DNA of 64,000 bases from Gammaproteobacteria bacterium (lineage in GTDB: Bacteria > Pseudomonadota > Gammaproteobacteria > Eutrophobiales > Eutrophobiaceae): contig OZ220696.1 of the NCBI GenBank assembly GCA_965116495.1, positions 1,216,001 through 1,280,000 on the forward strand, written 5' to 3'. The stretch's first letter is position 1, and every line of letters starts with the position of its first letter. Below the pieces are notes generated by a model. It made no database searches, was not told where the DNA came from, and worked only from the letters and a program-made list of their open reading frames with translations. Below, in pieces: positions 49,387 to 59,649 of the stretch. The translations under genes were made by a program, and so were the position numbers.

Positions 49387-50292
49387 TTACAGATCGTGGA
49401 ACATGTCCCGTTCATAATGAACCGGCGTCTGTGAGTTACGCACAATCCCATGAACAGGCTCATTCAGGCTTGCCGGGTCGTCAAGCGTCGCATCACAGCG
49501 CGCACCGTGACTTGTTCCCTGTAATACTGAATAACCATTCCCCCAGGCTTCAAAGTAACGTCCGGTAATATCTGCAGATTCCGTACTTGCCAACCAGGTA
49601 ACCAGGGAAGCAACGTAATCAGGGTTTCGACGGGCCAACTGCTCTTCCGTACGCTCAATCAAACCTTCGGTCAAACGGCTTTCTGCACGAGGCGCCAGGG
49701 CATTAACGGTGACACCCATGCGCTTGAGCTCCAGGGCAGCCACAACACTCAGGATAGCCACACCCCCCTTCGCGGCGGCATAGTTGGTCTGGCCGATATT
49801 GCCGAACAAACCGGTACCCGAAGTTGTATTAATAATGCGGGCGTCTAATTTCTCGCCGGTCTTCTTGTACTGGCGGCGCCAGTAGTTCACCGCGTGATAC
49901 ATTGGGGCAAAAGTGCCTTTGAGGTTCACTTCTACAACGGCATCAAAATTCTGTTCCGAGACGTTCCACAGCATGCTGTCCCGAAGGATGGCGGCATTGT
50001 TTACCAGTACGTCCAGGCGCCCATAGGTATCGATCGCCTGCTGTATCATGGCCCCGGCTTCATCCCACTTTGCTACGTTGGCTCCATTGGCAACGGCCTC
50101 ACCACCGGCGGAGGTAATTTCCTCGACTACCTCCTGCGCCGGCCCTTTATCCTGTCCTGTGCCGTCTTTCTCCCCACCCAGGTCGTTCACAACTACTTTT
50201 GCGCCATGCCTGGCAAGCATAAGCGCGTGCGCCCTGCCTACTCCTCTACCTGCACCGGTAACAACTGCAACTCTACCATCGCATAAACTCAT
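49387..50292 (-). CDS. SDR oxidoreductase (3-hydroxyacyl-CoA dehydrogenase/MFE-2-like)
   Basis: TGAGRGVG, VVNDLGG, NNAAILRD, GNIGQTNYAAAK. Confidence 0.9.
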   Translation of the reverse strand: MSLCDGRVAVVTGAGRGVGRAHALMLARHGAKVVVNDLGGEKDGTGQDKGPAQEVVEEITSAGGEAVANGANVAKWDEAGAMIQQAIDTYGRLDVLVNNAAILRDSMLWNVSEQNFDAVVEVNLKGTFAPMYHAVNYWRRQYKKTGEKLDARIINTTSGTGLFGNIGQTNYAAAKGGVAILSVVAALELKRMGVTVNALAPRAESRLTEGLIERTEEQLARRNPDYVASLVTWLASTESADITGRYFEAWGNGYSVLQGTSHGARCDATLDDPASLNEPVHGIVRNSQTPVHYERDMFHDL

Positions 50293-50456
50293 TAATCTTC
50301 TCCTCTCCTGTGTCATCAGGAATCATGGCTCTTTTAACTTCAACGTAACAAGGTGCAGTGACAGCCATACCAGCGCATGCGGCTCGGGCCATATTTAAGC
50401 CGGTATGCCACCTGACAGGCGAGAGATGCAATCCTGTCCGGGCCTTGTTTTGTTAA

Positions 50457-50472
50457 TATAGCATATGCTATA
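50457..50472. promoter_or_regulatory. Regulon operator
   Basis: Perfect TATAGCATATGCTATA overlapping TATAAT, between the divergent SDR and TBDR. Confidence 0.82.
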
Positions 50473-50600
50473 ATTATTGCGATAGTTAAGCAATCGTCTG
50501 GATAATACCAAACTTATTGCTGTATCAAATACCCAGGGGTACACAAGACGTTTAACGACAATGCATGGTTAATATATACAAAAGCAAATTGGGGGTTTAC

Positions 50601-52796
50601 ATGAAAACTAAAACGTCCGGAAACATAGTCGCTTCAGCTACCATACTTATTACCTGCCTGTCAGTTTCCTTTAATGTGCCGGCGCAATTGGAAGAGATCA
50701 TCGTCACGGCACAAAAACGTTCGGAAAATATCATGGCGGTACCGATCTCCATTACCGCGATCAGCGGTGAAAGCCTGCTGGATGCCGGGGTCAGAACAAC
50801 AGATGATCTGCAAGCAGTGGTGCCTGCTGCTTCATTTCGAAAGCAGATATCGGCCTTCGTACCGTTTATACGTGGTATTGGCTCTCAGAATACTGCAATC
50901 GGTACGGAAGCCTCGGTCGCGATGTATGTGGACGGAATATACCAGTCTTTACCGGTTTCCAACGCAATCGGGTTTAATAACATCGAGCGCATCGAAGTTC
51001 TTAAAGGCCCGCAAGGCACCCTGTTCGGACGTAATGCTACGGGGGGAGCAATCAATATATTCACCAAAGATCCGGAGCATGAGAGCTCGGGCACCCTCAA
51101 ACTGGGTTATGGCAATTATGAAACGTTTAATGTTGACTTTTTTGGAACAACGGGCCTGACTGAAGATCTGGCCGTCAATGCCGCTGTACAATATGAAGAT
51201 CAGGGTGAGGGATATTTTAACGATACCATTAACGACACCGATGTCAGTAAAAAAGACGGGTATTCCGCAAGAGTCAAACTGCTCTGGACGCCAGGCGAAA
51301 ATACGGAAGTCAGGCTATCCGCAAGTTTTGAAGACACAGAAGGTGGCGTAGGAGGACAACGCGTCATTTCATCAGGGACAAATGTACTGGGAAACATGCC
51401 ATTGGCCGGAAATAAACAGATCCAGCAGAACTACACGTACGGCACGAACACCGGATCAGAGTTTGAGGGAGCTGACCTGGAGCTCGAAAGCAGGGCTGTC
51501 ACGTTGCGTATCGATCATGATATCGGCAACCATTCACTGGTCAGCATTACCGGCTGGCTTGACCAGGACTCATTTTACATCGTCGATCAGGACGTTGGCC
51601 CACTACCGGGCATTGATGCCGATCTTACTCACCGCAACAAACAAGTCAGCCAGGAGATCCAGGTGCTGTCAAATTATGACGGCCGGTTCAACTGGATTGC
51701 CGGTTATTACTTCTTGAATGCTGAACACGACTATGATCCGTTGCGGCTGAAGGGAATCTTCTTTCTGCCGTTGGACTTTATCGACATCAGAAATACTGCC
51801 GAGACAACATCTCATGCGGGTTTCGTGGAAGGTAATTACAAATTTACAGATGCAACCAAACTTACAGTTGGCTTTCGTTATACTGAAGACAAAAAGGAGT
51901 TGCGCGGACGAACTGACTACGGTGCAGGCGGTTTCATTGCCAACAGTGTCCCATACTCAGGCAGCAAAACCTGGTCTGAACCGACATGGCGCGCCGTTCT
52001 CGATCACTGGATTACCGATGACGTCATGGCGTATGCCAGCCACACCCGCGGTTTCAAAGCAGGTTCGTTTAATGGTGTTGTTACATCCGGAGTGCTGGGT
52101 GCGCCGGTGAACCCGGAAACCATGGATGGTTACGAGATAGGTTTTAAAGGGCAATTTCTTAATGATTCATTGGCGCTTACGGGGGCTGTCTATTACTACG
52201 AAATTGATGATCTTCAATATTCGCAGCAGATTGTCGGTGGAAGCATACAACGTAATGCAGCAGAAGCCGAAGTTAAAGGTTTTGAATTATCGGGGCAGGT
52301 TGTTATGACCGGGGGTTTCAGTCTGTCCGGGGGGCTGGCCTATACCGACGCTGAATTTGTGGATTTCCCTAATGGCCTGGCGACAATCCCTAATCCCGCC
52401 GGTGTTGGAAATATCCCAGATGAAGATGTGCCGGGGCAGGGAAAGGATCTGACTGGCAACACAGTACCAAGAACGTCTGACTGGACATTGAACCTGGCCC
52501 TTGGTCATGAGTGGGTCCTGGATAACAACGCTGGTGCCGTAAACTCTACGTTGACCTATTACTACAATGATGGCCACCCCTGGGAAGCGGATAACAGGGT
52601 TCGGGAGGATTCCTATTCACTGGTCAATGCCAAAATCGGTTATACCAATCCCACCGGTAGGTATACTGTGGAAATCTGGGGCAAGAATCTTACTGAGGAG
52701 GAGTATTCATCGTATGCTACCTCGTCACTGCTTCAGGATGCTACAACGCCATCTGTACCGAGAACCTATGGCGTCAGTTTGACGGTCAGTTTCTGA
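50601..52796 (+). CDS. TonB-dependent receptor
   Basis: LEEIIVTAQKR, IEVLKGPQGTLFGRNATGG, C-terminal F. Confidence 0.95.
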   Translation: MKTKTSGNIVASATILITCLSVSFNVPAQLEEIIVTAQKRSENIMAVPISITAISGESLLDAGVRTTDDLQAVVPAASFRKQISAFVPFIRGIGSQNTAIGTEASVAMYVDGIYQSLPVSNAIGFNNIERIEVLKGPQGTLFGRNATGGAINIFTKDPEHESSGTLKLGYGNYETFNVDFFGTTGLTEDLAVNAAVQYEDQGEGYFNDTINDTDVSKKDGYSARVKLLWTPGENTEVRLSASFEDTEGGVGGQRVISSGTNVLGNMPLAGNKQIQQNYTYGTNTGSEFEGADLELESRAVTLRIDHDIGNHSLVSITGWLDQDSFYIVDQDVGPLPGIDADLTHRNKQVSQEIQVLSNYDGRFNWIAGYYFLNAEHDYDPLRLKGIFFLPLDFIDIRNTAETTSHAGFVEGNYKFTDATKLTVGFRYTEDKKELRGRTDYGAGGFIANSVPYSGSKTWSEPTWRAVLDHWITDDVMAYASHTRGFKAGSFNGVVTSGVLGAPVNPETMDGYEIGFKGQFLNDSLALTGAVYYYEIDDLQYSQQIVGGSIQRNAAEAEVKGFELSGQVVMTGGFSLSGGLAYTDAEFVDFPNGLATIPNPAGVGNIPDEDVPGQGKDLTGNTVPRTSDWTLNLALGHEWVLDNNAGAVNSTLTYYYNDGHPWEADNRVREDSYSLVNAKIGYTNPTGRYTVEIWGKNLTEEEYSSYATSSLLQDATTPSVPRTYGVSLTVSF

Positions 52797-52823
52797 ATTA
52801 TCATTCTTATTGGCGAAGCTACT

Positions 52824-53693
52824 CTACTCTTCCCGGAGCAAGTCCGAATGTCCGATTCTTTCCCGGGCAGGGTTGGGTCTCATCATAATGGACATGCCGC
52901 CATCTACGATGACCTCCGTACCGGTAACGTAGCTACCGGCGTCACTGGCCAATAGCTGGACCTGGCCTTCAACTTCCTCGGGACGACCCAACCGGCCAAG
53001 GGCCGAATTACCGGCAAAATCCTTAACAAAAGCCTCGCCGGCGCCCGGGCCATCCATTTGATCAAGGAGTTCAACTACGTTGGTTTGCATCATGTCTGTG
53101 TGGAAGGCGCCCAGGATCAGGCTGTTCACGGTAATACCATCATGGCCCAGTTCAGCCGCGGCCATCCGGGTGTAGGCATTAATCGCCCCTTTCGACGCTG
53201 CATACATCGACTGGCCGATTGATACAGCTCTGAGGGAAGATTCTGATGAACTGAAAATAATTCTGCCCCATTGTTTTTTTTTCATATGGGGTAGAAAACG
53301 TGTTACCAGGGAGACATTCGCGGCAAAGTTGACCTGCATCAGGTTTGCCATTATTTTCTCCTGGTCATCACTGACGCCAAGTCTTGCTTCCTGTCCCGCA
53401 TTACCGATAAAGATATCAACACCACCGAGTGTATCAATAACATAGTCCACCGAGTGCTCAATGTCTTCCCTGTCCGACAGATCGATCTTGCGGTAAATTA
53501 CGGCATTGCCGGAATCCTCAGAAAGTTGTTTTGCCGCATCTTTAAGGACTGTTTCACGACGGGCGGCTATCATCACACCCGCACCGGATCGGGCCAGGCC
53601 CCTGGCCATATAATATCCCAGGCCGGTGGCTCCCCCGGTGACAAAGGCTGTTTTACCGGTCAGATCAAACTTTTTAAACGCATCGATATTCAC
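52824..53693 (-). CDS. SDR family oxidoreductase
   Basis: TGGATGLG, GNAG, YAASK. Confidence 0.92.
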   Translation of the reverse strand: MNIDAFKKFDLTGKTAFVTGGATGLGYYMARGLARSGAGVMIAARRETVLKDAAKQLSEDSGNAVIYRKIDLSDREDIEHSVDYVIDTLGGVDIFIGNAGQEARLGVSDDQEKIMANLMQVNFAANVSLVTRFLPHMKKKQWGRIIFSSSESSLRAVSIGQSMYAASKGAINAYTRMAAAELGHDGITVNSLILGAFHTDMMQTNVVELLDQMDGPGAGEAFVKDFAGNSALGRLGRPEEVEGQVQLLASDAGSYVTGTEVIVDGGMSIMMRPNPARERIGHSDLLREE

Positions 53694-53703
53694 GTTCGAT
53701 TGA

Positions 53704-54870
53704 TCAGATTGTACGGCTGATTATCAAACGCATTATTTCGGATGTGCCGGCGAAAATACGGTGCAGGCGAGCCCCTGTATATAAACGAGAGACATTATAT
53801 TCATCCATATAGCCTGCCCCACCATGGAATTGAACACATTGATCGATAATCCTGCCTTCCATCTCGCATACCCAGAGTTTCGCCATGGCACAAAGTTCCA
53901 TGTCCAGCTTGCCATTTGCCCTGTAGTTGCGAATGATTTCGTCAAGGAAGGCGCGGCCAACAGCTAACTCCGTCTTGATTTCCGCCAGTTTGAACCGGGT
54001 ATTCTGGAACTCAAAAACAGGTTGACCAAAGCTGTTGCGGTTCTTTACAAATTCAACAGTTTCATGAAACGCCCGAGTCGCTGCAGCGTGACCAATGAGG
54101 GGCCATGTTATGCGATCCATGTTGACACCGCCGAGCAGAATACCCATACCCTTGCCTTCAACCCCCATCAAATTACCGGCTGGAACATGAACATTATCAA
54201 AAAATATTTCTGCCGTATTACTGGCATGATTACCCATCTTGTGCAGGTCACGTCCCAATTGAAATCCCCCGCGATCAGCCTCAACAATGATGACCGAGAT
54301 ACCCTGGGCGCCCGCTGCCGGATCGGTTTTACAACCCACCATAAAGAATTTGGCGTCCTTCGCATTGGAGATATAGGTTTTGGAGCCGTTGATTACCCAT
54401 TCATCCCCTTTCCGCACAGCCGTGGTCCGCATGGAGGCAACATCGCTACCGGAAGCGGGTTCTGTGATGGCAAGACCGGCGCGCGCTTCCCCTTTGACCA
54501 TAGCCGGCAACCATTTCCTGCGTTGTTCTTCGGTACCGTTTCGATAGAGAATTTCACTGCAGCCATCGCCAATCAAAGCGGGACCCATGCTGGCCCCGGC
54601 CGGGCTGTATCCCAACTCTTCAGCAATCACCATCCGGTACATGAAGTCCCCACCAGGTCCACCGTATTCTTCGGGAATATCCACACCTAAAATGCCGACC
54701 TCGCCGGCTTTCAACCAGAACTCAGGTTCCGGGCCACCAATTTCTATCCAACGGTCAACGTTGGGCTCTACCTCTTCTTCCAGAAAGCGCCGGAATGTCT
54801 GGCGGAAAATTTCGTGTTCCTCATCCCAGAGAGCTGGGTTGTGTGGGTAATACATTGCTGTTATCTCCAA
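53704..54870 (-). CDS. acyl-CoA dehydrogenase-like flavoprotein (LCAD-like)
   Basis: TEPASGSD, INGSKTYISN, FHGGAGY, GTSEI; start may be the ATG at 54855. Confidence 0.92.
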   Translation of the reverse strand: MEITAMYYPHNPALWDEEHEIFRQTFRRFLEEEVEPNVDRWIEIGGPEPEFWLKAGEVGILGVDIPEEYGGPGGDFMYRMVIAEELGYSPAGASMGPALIGDGCSEILYRNGTEEQRRKWLPAMVKGEARAGLAITEPASGSDVASMRTTAVRKGDEWVINGSKTYISNAKDAKFFMVGCKTDPAAGAQGISVIIVEADRGGFQLGRDLHKMGNHASNTAEIFFDNVHVPAGNLMGVEGKGMGILLGGVNMDRITWPLIGHAAATRAFHETVEFVKNRNSFGQPVFEFQNTRFKLAEIKTELAVGRAFLDEIIRNYRANGKLDMELCAMAKLWVCEMEGRIIDQCVQFHGGAGYMDEYNVSRLYTGARLHRIFAGTSEIMRLIISRTI

Positions 54871-54981
54871 TTATTGAAATCGGCCCGGATACCGAGCTGT
54901 AATCAGTGTGCTACGCGTACATGGAGCACATTACCGCGTTTCCCTGTTCCATTGTCTATTCCTGGTTGGCGGTTAATTAAA

Positions 54982-54993
54982 TAGCATATGCTA
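54982..54993. promoter_or_regulatory. Regulon operator
   Basis: TAGCATATGCTA upstream of the ACAD. Confidence 0.8.
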
Positions 54994-55113
54994 TATTTAA
55001 CAAGCAACAGGCTTAACAGGCAGACAGCCTGCTACGGCGGAAGCCATACACAACCGGGTTATCGGTAACCCGAAAATCAGTTCCTTTGTCAGGTAAAACC
55101 TTCGGGTTGCTAT

Positions 55114-56358
55114 TCAGGTACGCGGGTGAAACCTGACGTTCATGCCGTACAGGCCGCGAAAAACTCCCACAGGCATAAAATCCAGTTTCCTGTCCAGGAT
55201 TTCCACCGACTCAAACCGGTTCACCAGTGCCGTGAAGAACTCAACCAATTGCAGCTTGGCCAGCAGATGCCCGATACAATGATGCACGCCAGGGGCAAAA
55301 ACCTGTGAATTGGAATTGTTCCGGAAAAAATCCAGCTTGTCCGGCTCACTCCATTCCCGCGGGTCGAAATTCGCGCCGATAACGGACAGGAACACGATAT
55401 CGCCTTTTTTCAACTGTTTACCATGCCACTTGAAGTCTTCGCCGACAATTCGAGGCTGGCCGGATGACATGCCAATGTAGCGCATCAACTCGAGGATACA
55501 GTCCTGCATCCTGTCCGGGTGTTCATACATATATTGCCAGGCCTCCGGGTGCCGGCTCAGTGCTTCGACACCCATGGTCATGGTATTGCTGGTGGTATCG
55601 TGCCCGGCGATAATCACGACATTCATTGTCGCGAGCAGTTCGTCCATGGTAAGCCTGTCACCTTCTTCCGTCGCCTGAAGCAATGCGGTCAATAAATCAT
55701 CTCTAGGATCGGTCTTGCGCTTTTCCAGTTCCACCTTGCATACCTCCCCCATTTCCACGGTTGCCTTCTCGGTTTTTTCAAGGACCTCAGGCGGCGGCAT
55801 GGATGAGGTCATGCCTTCGACAACCGCGTTCGCCCATTCCCTCAGTGACGCAAAATGTTCTTCCGGGATCCCGGCCATTTTAAATATCACATAACCCGGC
55901 AGCGGACGGGCAATCTGCTCATTGAATTCGATTTCCGGGGATTCCATTGCCTTGTCCAGGAGAAAGTTGACACGCTCCCTTACATAGGGCCGCAATTTTT
56001 CCACCATTTTTTTGGTAAAGGCCTTCATCACCAGTTTTCTCAAACGCGCATGTTCTTCGCCATCTACACCGACAATCCAATGATTTACATAATGCGATAT
56101 AGTCGGTATGCGCAGTTCTCGTTCCTCGACCGGGATGGACGCCAGTGAAAATTCATTCCGGCCCGCATTTAACAACGGGACCCGGCATTCAAAGCCATCG
56201 CTGACGTCTTCGAACCGGGTGACTATCCAGCAATTGGAGGCTTTACTCCAATGGACCGGCTCCATCTCCCGCAACTGGTTAACGTCATTGATAAAATCCA
56301 GACCGCCGCGCTGGGGATCGCTCAGCAGGTCGATATCGAAATCCTGTCGTGCCGTCAT
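55114..56358 (-). CDS. cytochrome P450
   Basis: AGHDTT, ELMR, FAPGVHHCIG. Confidence 0.95.
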   Translation of the reverse strand: MTARQDFDIDLLSDPQRGGLDFINDVNQLREMEPVHWSKASNCWIVTRFEDVSDGFECRVPLLNAGRNEFSLASIPVEERELRIPTISHYVNHWIVGVDGEEHARLRKLVMKAFTKKMVEKLRPYVRERVNFLLDKAMESPEIEFNEQIARPLPGYVIFKMAGIPEEHFASLREWANAVVEGMTSSMPPPEVLEKTEKATVEMGEVCKVELEKRKTDPRDDLLTALLQATEEGDRLTMDELLATMNVVIIAGHDTTSNTMTMGVEALSRHPEAWQYMYEHPDRMQDCILELMRYIGMSSGQPRIVGEDFKWHGKQLKKGDIVFLSVIGANFDPREWSEPDKLDFFRNNSNSQVFAPGVHHCIGHLLAKLQLVEFFTALVNRFESVEILDRKLDFMPVGVFRGLYGMNVRFHPRT

Positions 56359-56453
56359 AAATGCTCTCCAGAAAAATTGCCTAAACAATCCCCGTAACAG
56401 CTGGTTTGTTTACCGGATATCACGGGTTTATCATTGTTCGATCAGGTCTGCGA

Positions 56454-57791
56454 TCAGTTCGTAAAACCGGCAAGATCCGATGCCAGGTCGTTCAATATCT
56501 TGGGGAACGAATTAAAGCCAATGGCGGCTATTCGCAGGTCCCGGTCAACACCGGATGTGTACATGGAATGAGCGCCACCCATTTGAATTGCAAGCATCAC
56601 CGATCGCCAGATGGTGAAAAATTGCATGCGGATATCTGCTATCTTCCAGCCCCCATTGCTGCGATAGACCTCCATAAACTCGGACCACGGCATAATGGAT
56701 TCAATCAGTCCCTTACAATAGCAGAGATCTTCTGCCGGGTCACCGGCGTGGGCGAACTCCCAGTCAAGAAGACCTGTCACTTGGTCGCCCTCCCCCATCA
56801 CATTGTGCAACCCGGCATCACCATGCACCAGCTTGCGCTCATTGCCTATGTTATTCATTTGCAGGTATAACCAGGCAAAAGCAGTATCGAGTATCGGCGT
56901 TGGGGCTACTTTTTCCGTGTAACGCCGGTAGAAACTGTCAACCATGGCCCTGACGGGGTGTTGTTCCTCGCCCCAGTTCAAGTTGCCGGCGAGACTGCTG
57001 CGTTTTATATCAATTGAGTGTACCCGGGCCAATGTGGCGGCGAAAGCTCTTGCGATTGCCGGCGGGGCATCGCTCTGAAACAGGGTTCCCATGGCCTGGC
57101 CCGGCACCCTGGAAAAGGCGATGAATGCCCCCCCGATGACGGAGGTGTCCGTTTCAATCCACAGGGGTTCCGGGACCTGGATGCCGGCCTTCCATAATGC
57201 CACGATAACGGGGTATTCATAGGTGACGGAAACCCCTGTGACCATATGGGAGAAGTCGCGCCGAATGACGATGGAACGCGCGCCATTTTGATCCTGTACA
57301 TCTAGTAACATCGTACCCTTTGACCTCCCGCCGGGTATCACTTTCACGCCGGAGACTTCGATAACAGGATCGTCCGGGAATTTCTCTTTAAGGTATTTAC
57401 TGAAGGTTTCGTTCGGAATGTTCAGTTCGTCACCCGAACTGCCTTCGGGCGCGGTACTGCCGGCGATCTCCACCAGGCGTTGTTCAACAGCATCACGGCG
57501 GGTCCGGTCTGCAGCGGCAAACCGGGCGATGGTTGCCGCCAGTTCCGGGATTCTGCTCCGGTCGATTGATTTATCATAAAGCGCAGCGAGGTCTGCCGTA
57601 GATATGCCCTGGGGACAGTTGGCGCCATGTTCTTCCGATGAAACTTCAACCTCGGCGGCAATACGTACCAGCATCATGTCGATTAATTCTGCCCGGTGCC
57701 TGGCCTGCGCTGTAGTCACATTGGTTTTTATGTCTTCACGCAGGGCCGTTAACAGGCTTCGTATCAGGTCAACCAGAACGGATGGGTTCAT
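56454..57791 (-). CDS. APH/ACAD10-11-like phosphotransferase with N-terminal helical extension
   Basis: IPGGRSK, VHGDAGLHN, LLDWEF, GDPAEDL. Confidence 0.87.
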   Translation of the reverse strand: MNPSVLVDLIRSLLTALREDIKTNVTTAQARHRAELIDMMLVRIAAEVEVSSEEHGANCPQGISTADLAALYDKSIDRSRIPELAATIARFAAADRTRRDAVEQRLVEIAGSTAPEGSSGDELNIPNETFSKYLKEKFPDDPVIEVSGVKVIPGGRSKGTMLLDVQDQNGARSIVIRRDFSHMVTGVSVTYEYPVIVALWKAGIQVPEPLWIETDTSVIGGAFIAFSRVPGQAMGTLFQSDAPPAIARAFAATLARVHSIDIKRSSLAGNLNWGEEQHPVRAMVDSFYRRYTEKVAPTPILDTAFAWLYLQMNNIGNERKLVHGDAGLHNVMGEGDQVTGLLDWEFAHAGDPAEDLCYCKGLIESIMPWSEFMEVYRSNGGWKIADIRMQFFTIWRSVMLAIQMGGAHSMYTSGVDRDLRIAAIGFNSFPKILNDLASDLAGFTN

Positions 57792-57811
57792 ATAAACGAT
57801 TTACCAGGGCT

Positions 57812-58351
57812 TTACAGAAGAATGGTCAAGGCCCCCATTGTGGCCAGACGATACAGGTCCAGTTCGACACGCTTTTTGACCAGACGCAGTCCGCCAGGTG
57901 TCCGGGCCAGCGTGGCCCGGACCAGGGATGGATAGATCACGGTCTCACTACCTTTACTGCGATAAACCGAAGCATTGAACTGAACTTCAGTCTGGCGCGC
58001 ATCCTGGTGAATAATTCTTACATGCCCGTACATGTGACGGGTGCGAGACCGGACATACTCGGCATGGAAACTGTTCTTCTTCATGCGCACGATGCGCTGT
58101 TCCAGACGATAGCGATTGTCCGAAATCAGGAACATGGTACTCGAAGATTCCAGGGATCCCGGGTCGTCTTCACCCGTCGGCGCCACCTGGTAGCTCAGTT
58201 CGCCGCTCTCCGACCAAAGCCCCAACCATTCGTCCAGTGCCCATTGGTCGAGATGGTCCGCTTCAAGATACAGAAAATCCTCTACTTCAGACCGGTTCAA
58301 TGCACAATTTTGTTGTTGCACGTTCTGTTCACCCCGCTGATGTTCAGGCAT
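57812..58351 (-). CDS. ring-hydroxylating oxygenase beta subunit
   Basis: FLYLEADHLD..W, RLEQRI.R, SRTRH. Confidence 0.9.
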   Translation of the reverse strand: MPEHQRGEQNVQQQNCALNRSEVEDFLYLEADHLDQWALDEWLGLWSESGELSYQVAPTGEDDPGSLESSSTMFLISDNRYRLEQRIVRMKKNSFHAEYVRSRTRHMYGHVRIIHQDARQTEVQFNASVYRSKGSETVIYPSLVRATLARTPGGLRLVKKRVELDLYRLATMGALTILL

Positions 58352-59630
58352 TCATCATGCGGTCCCACTCGAGCCAGTAAGCACGCATCTGCAACTCATC
58401 GTAGAGATCAGCCTCAGCGCCTTCACGGGTAATCTCTTCTGCACTGAAACCTTTTGAGAAATCATTCCATTCCACGTCCGTCGCCTCATAGGCCCGCTGG
58501 CATAATTCCAGCATGGCCACATCATCGGGGGTAGCAAAGCCTCCCGGGCCAAGGAATGACAACATGTTATCCAGCCGTATCTCCCGCAGGGTGTCCGATT
58601 CGTCAATGGGACCCAGTGTCCAGGCCCTCACCATCATCCTGTTATACGCCGTGGGTACAATCGAACGTACAAGCACTGACTGCTGATCATTGATGACGGA
58701 ATTGGGAAAGATCACCATGTTGCGGTGGGTATCACAGATGACATTTCCGCGCTCCTCACCCACGCGTGCGATGACTTCCTCACGTTTGGCCTCTACCTCT
58801 TCCCTGACCTTTTCACCCATGCTGGGGATCCATTGCGCCACCGCCCTGCCCGCCTTGATGGCAATTTCAAAACAGGCATGTCCGTGACCAAATGAACGGG
58901 CGGCACCGACAGGCTTCAGCTCCATTCCGGAGCCCTTCATCGTTTCCACCAGGTACTCTACATAGCTTGCGTGAACAGATGAAAGGTGGTACCCGTCGTA
59001 ACTGTTCTCGCACAGCAATTTATAGTTGGCATTAATTTCATATTCATGAACACCGCTTATGACTTCCATCCCCACTGCGGAGTGTTCACTGATCATTTGC
59101 AGGCAGTCGGCTGCTCCACCCAGGAACGACTCCAGTGAGTGCGCATCCGGATCGAAATTAACGAAGTAAAAACCCGCATACTGCTGCAGGTTCGGCACGC
59201 TCAGCAGTGTAGTACGGCCATCGCAGAAACCGTCGGGAAAGGCCGCGTCGGCTTCGGGTGAACCGGTGGAAACCAGAACACCATCATCGCGATAGACCCA
59301 ACCGTGATACGGACAGACAAAGGATTTCCTGTTGCCGCCCCGGTCCCGGCAGACCGCCGCTCCGCGATGCCGGCAACTGTTATAAAACGCACGAACCACC
59401 CCGTTTCTGTCGCGGTTCAAAACCAGGTCCTTGTCAACCACCGTTCGGGTTATAAAATCACCCGGTTTGGCGATTTCCGCTTCGTGGGCCAGTGCGATCC
59501 AGCTCTTGTGCAGGACTTTTTTCTGCTCCAATGCAAAGACTTCCGGGTCCCTGTAGGCGTCGCGGTGAACCAGAAAAGTCTTTTCTGCCGGATTGATATT
59601 CAGGAAGCGTGATTTATAGCATTTATCCAT
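58344..59630 (-). CDS. Rieske oxygenase alpha subunit (p-cumate dioxygenase-like)
   Basis: CRHRG..CPYHGW, ENSYDGYH..VH, FLGPGGFATPDD. Confidence 0.92.
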   Translation of the reverse strand: MDKCYKSRFLNINPAEKTFLVHRDAYRDPEVFALEQKKVLHKSWIALAHEAEIAKPGDFITRTVVDKDLVLNRDRNGVVRAFYNSCRHRGAAVCRDRGGNRKSFVCPYHGWVYRDDGVLVSTGSPEADAAFPDGFCDGRTTLLSVPNLQQYAGFYFVNFDPDAHSLESFLGGAADCLQMISEHSAVGMEVISGVHEYEINANYKLLCENSYDGYHLSSVHASYVEYLVETMKGSGMELKPVGAARSFGHGHACFEIAIKAGRAVAQWIPSMGEKVREEVEAKREEVIARVGEERGNVICDTHRNMVIFPNSVINDQQSVLVRSIVPTAYNRMMVRAWTLGPIDESDTLREIRLDNMLSFLGPGGFATPDDVAMLELCQRAYEATDVEWNDFSKGFSAEEITREGAEADLYDELQMRAYWLEWDRMMNA

Positions 59631-59649
59631 ATTATCCTGTCCGATTCAG

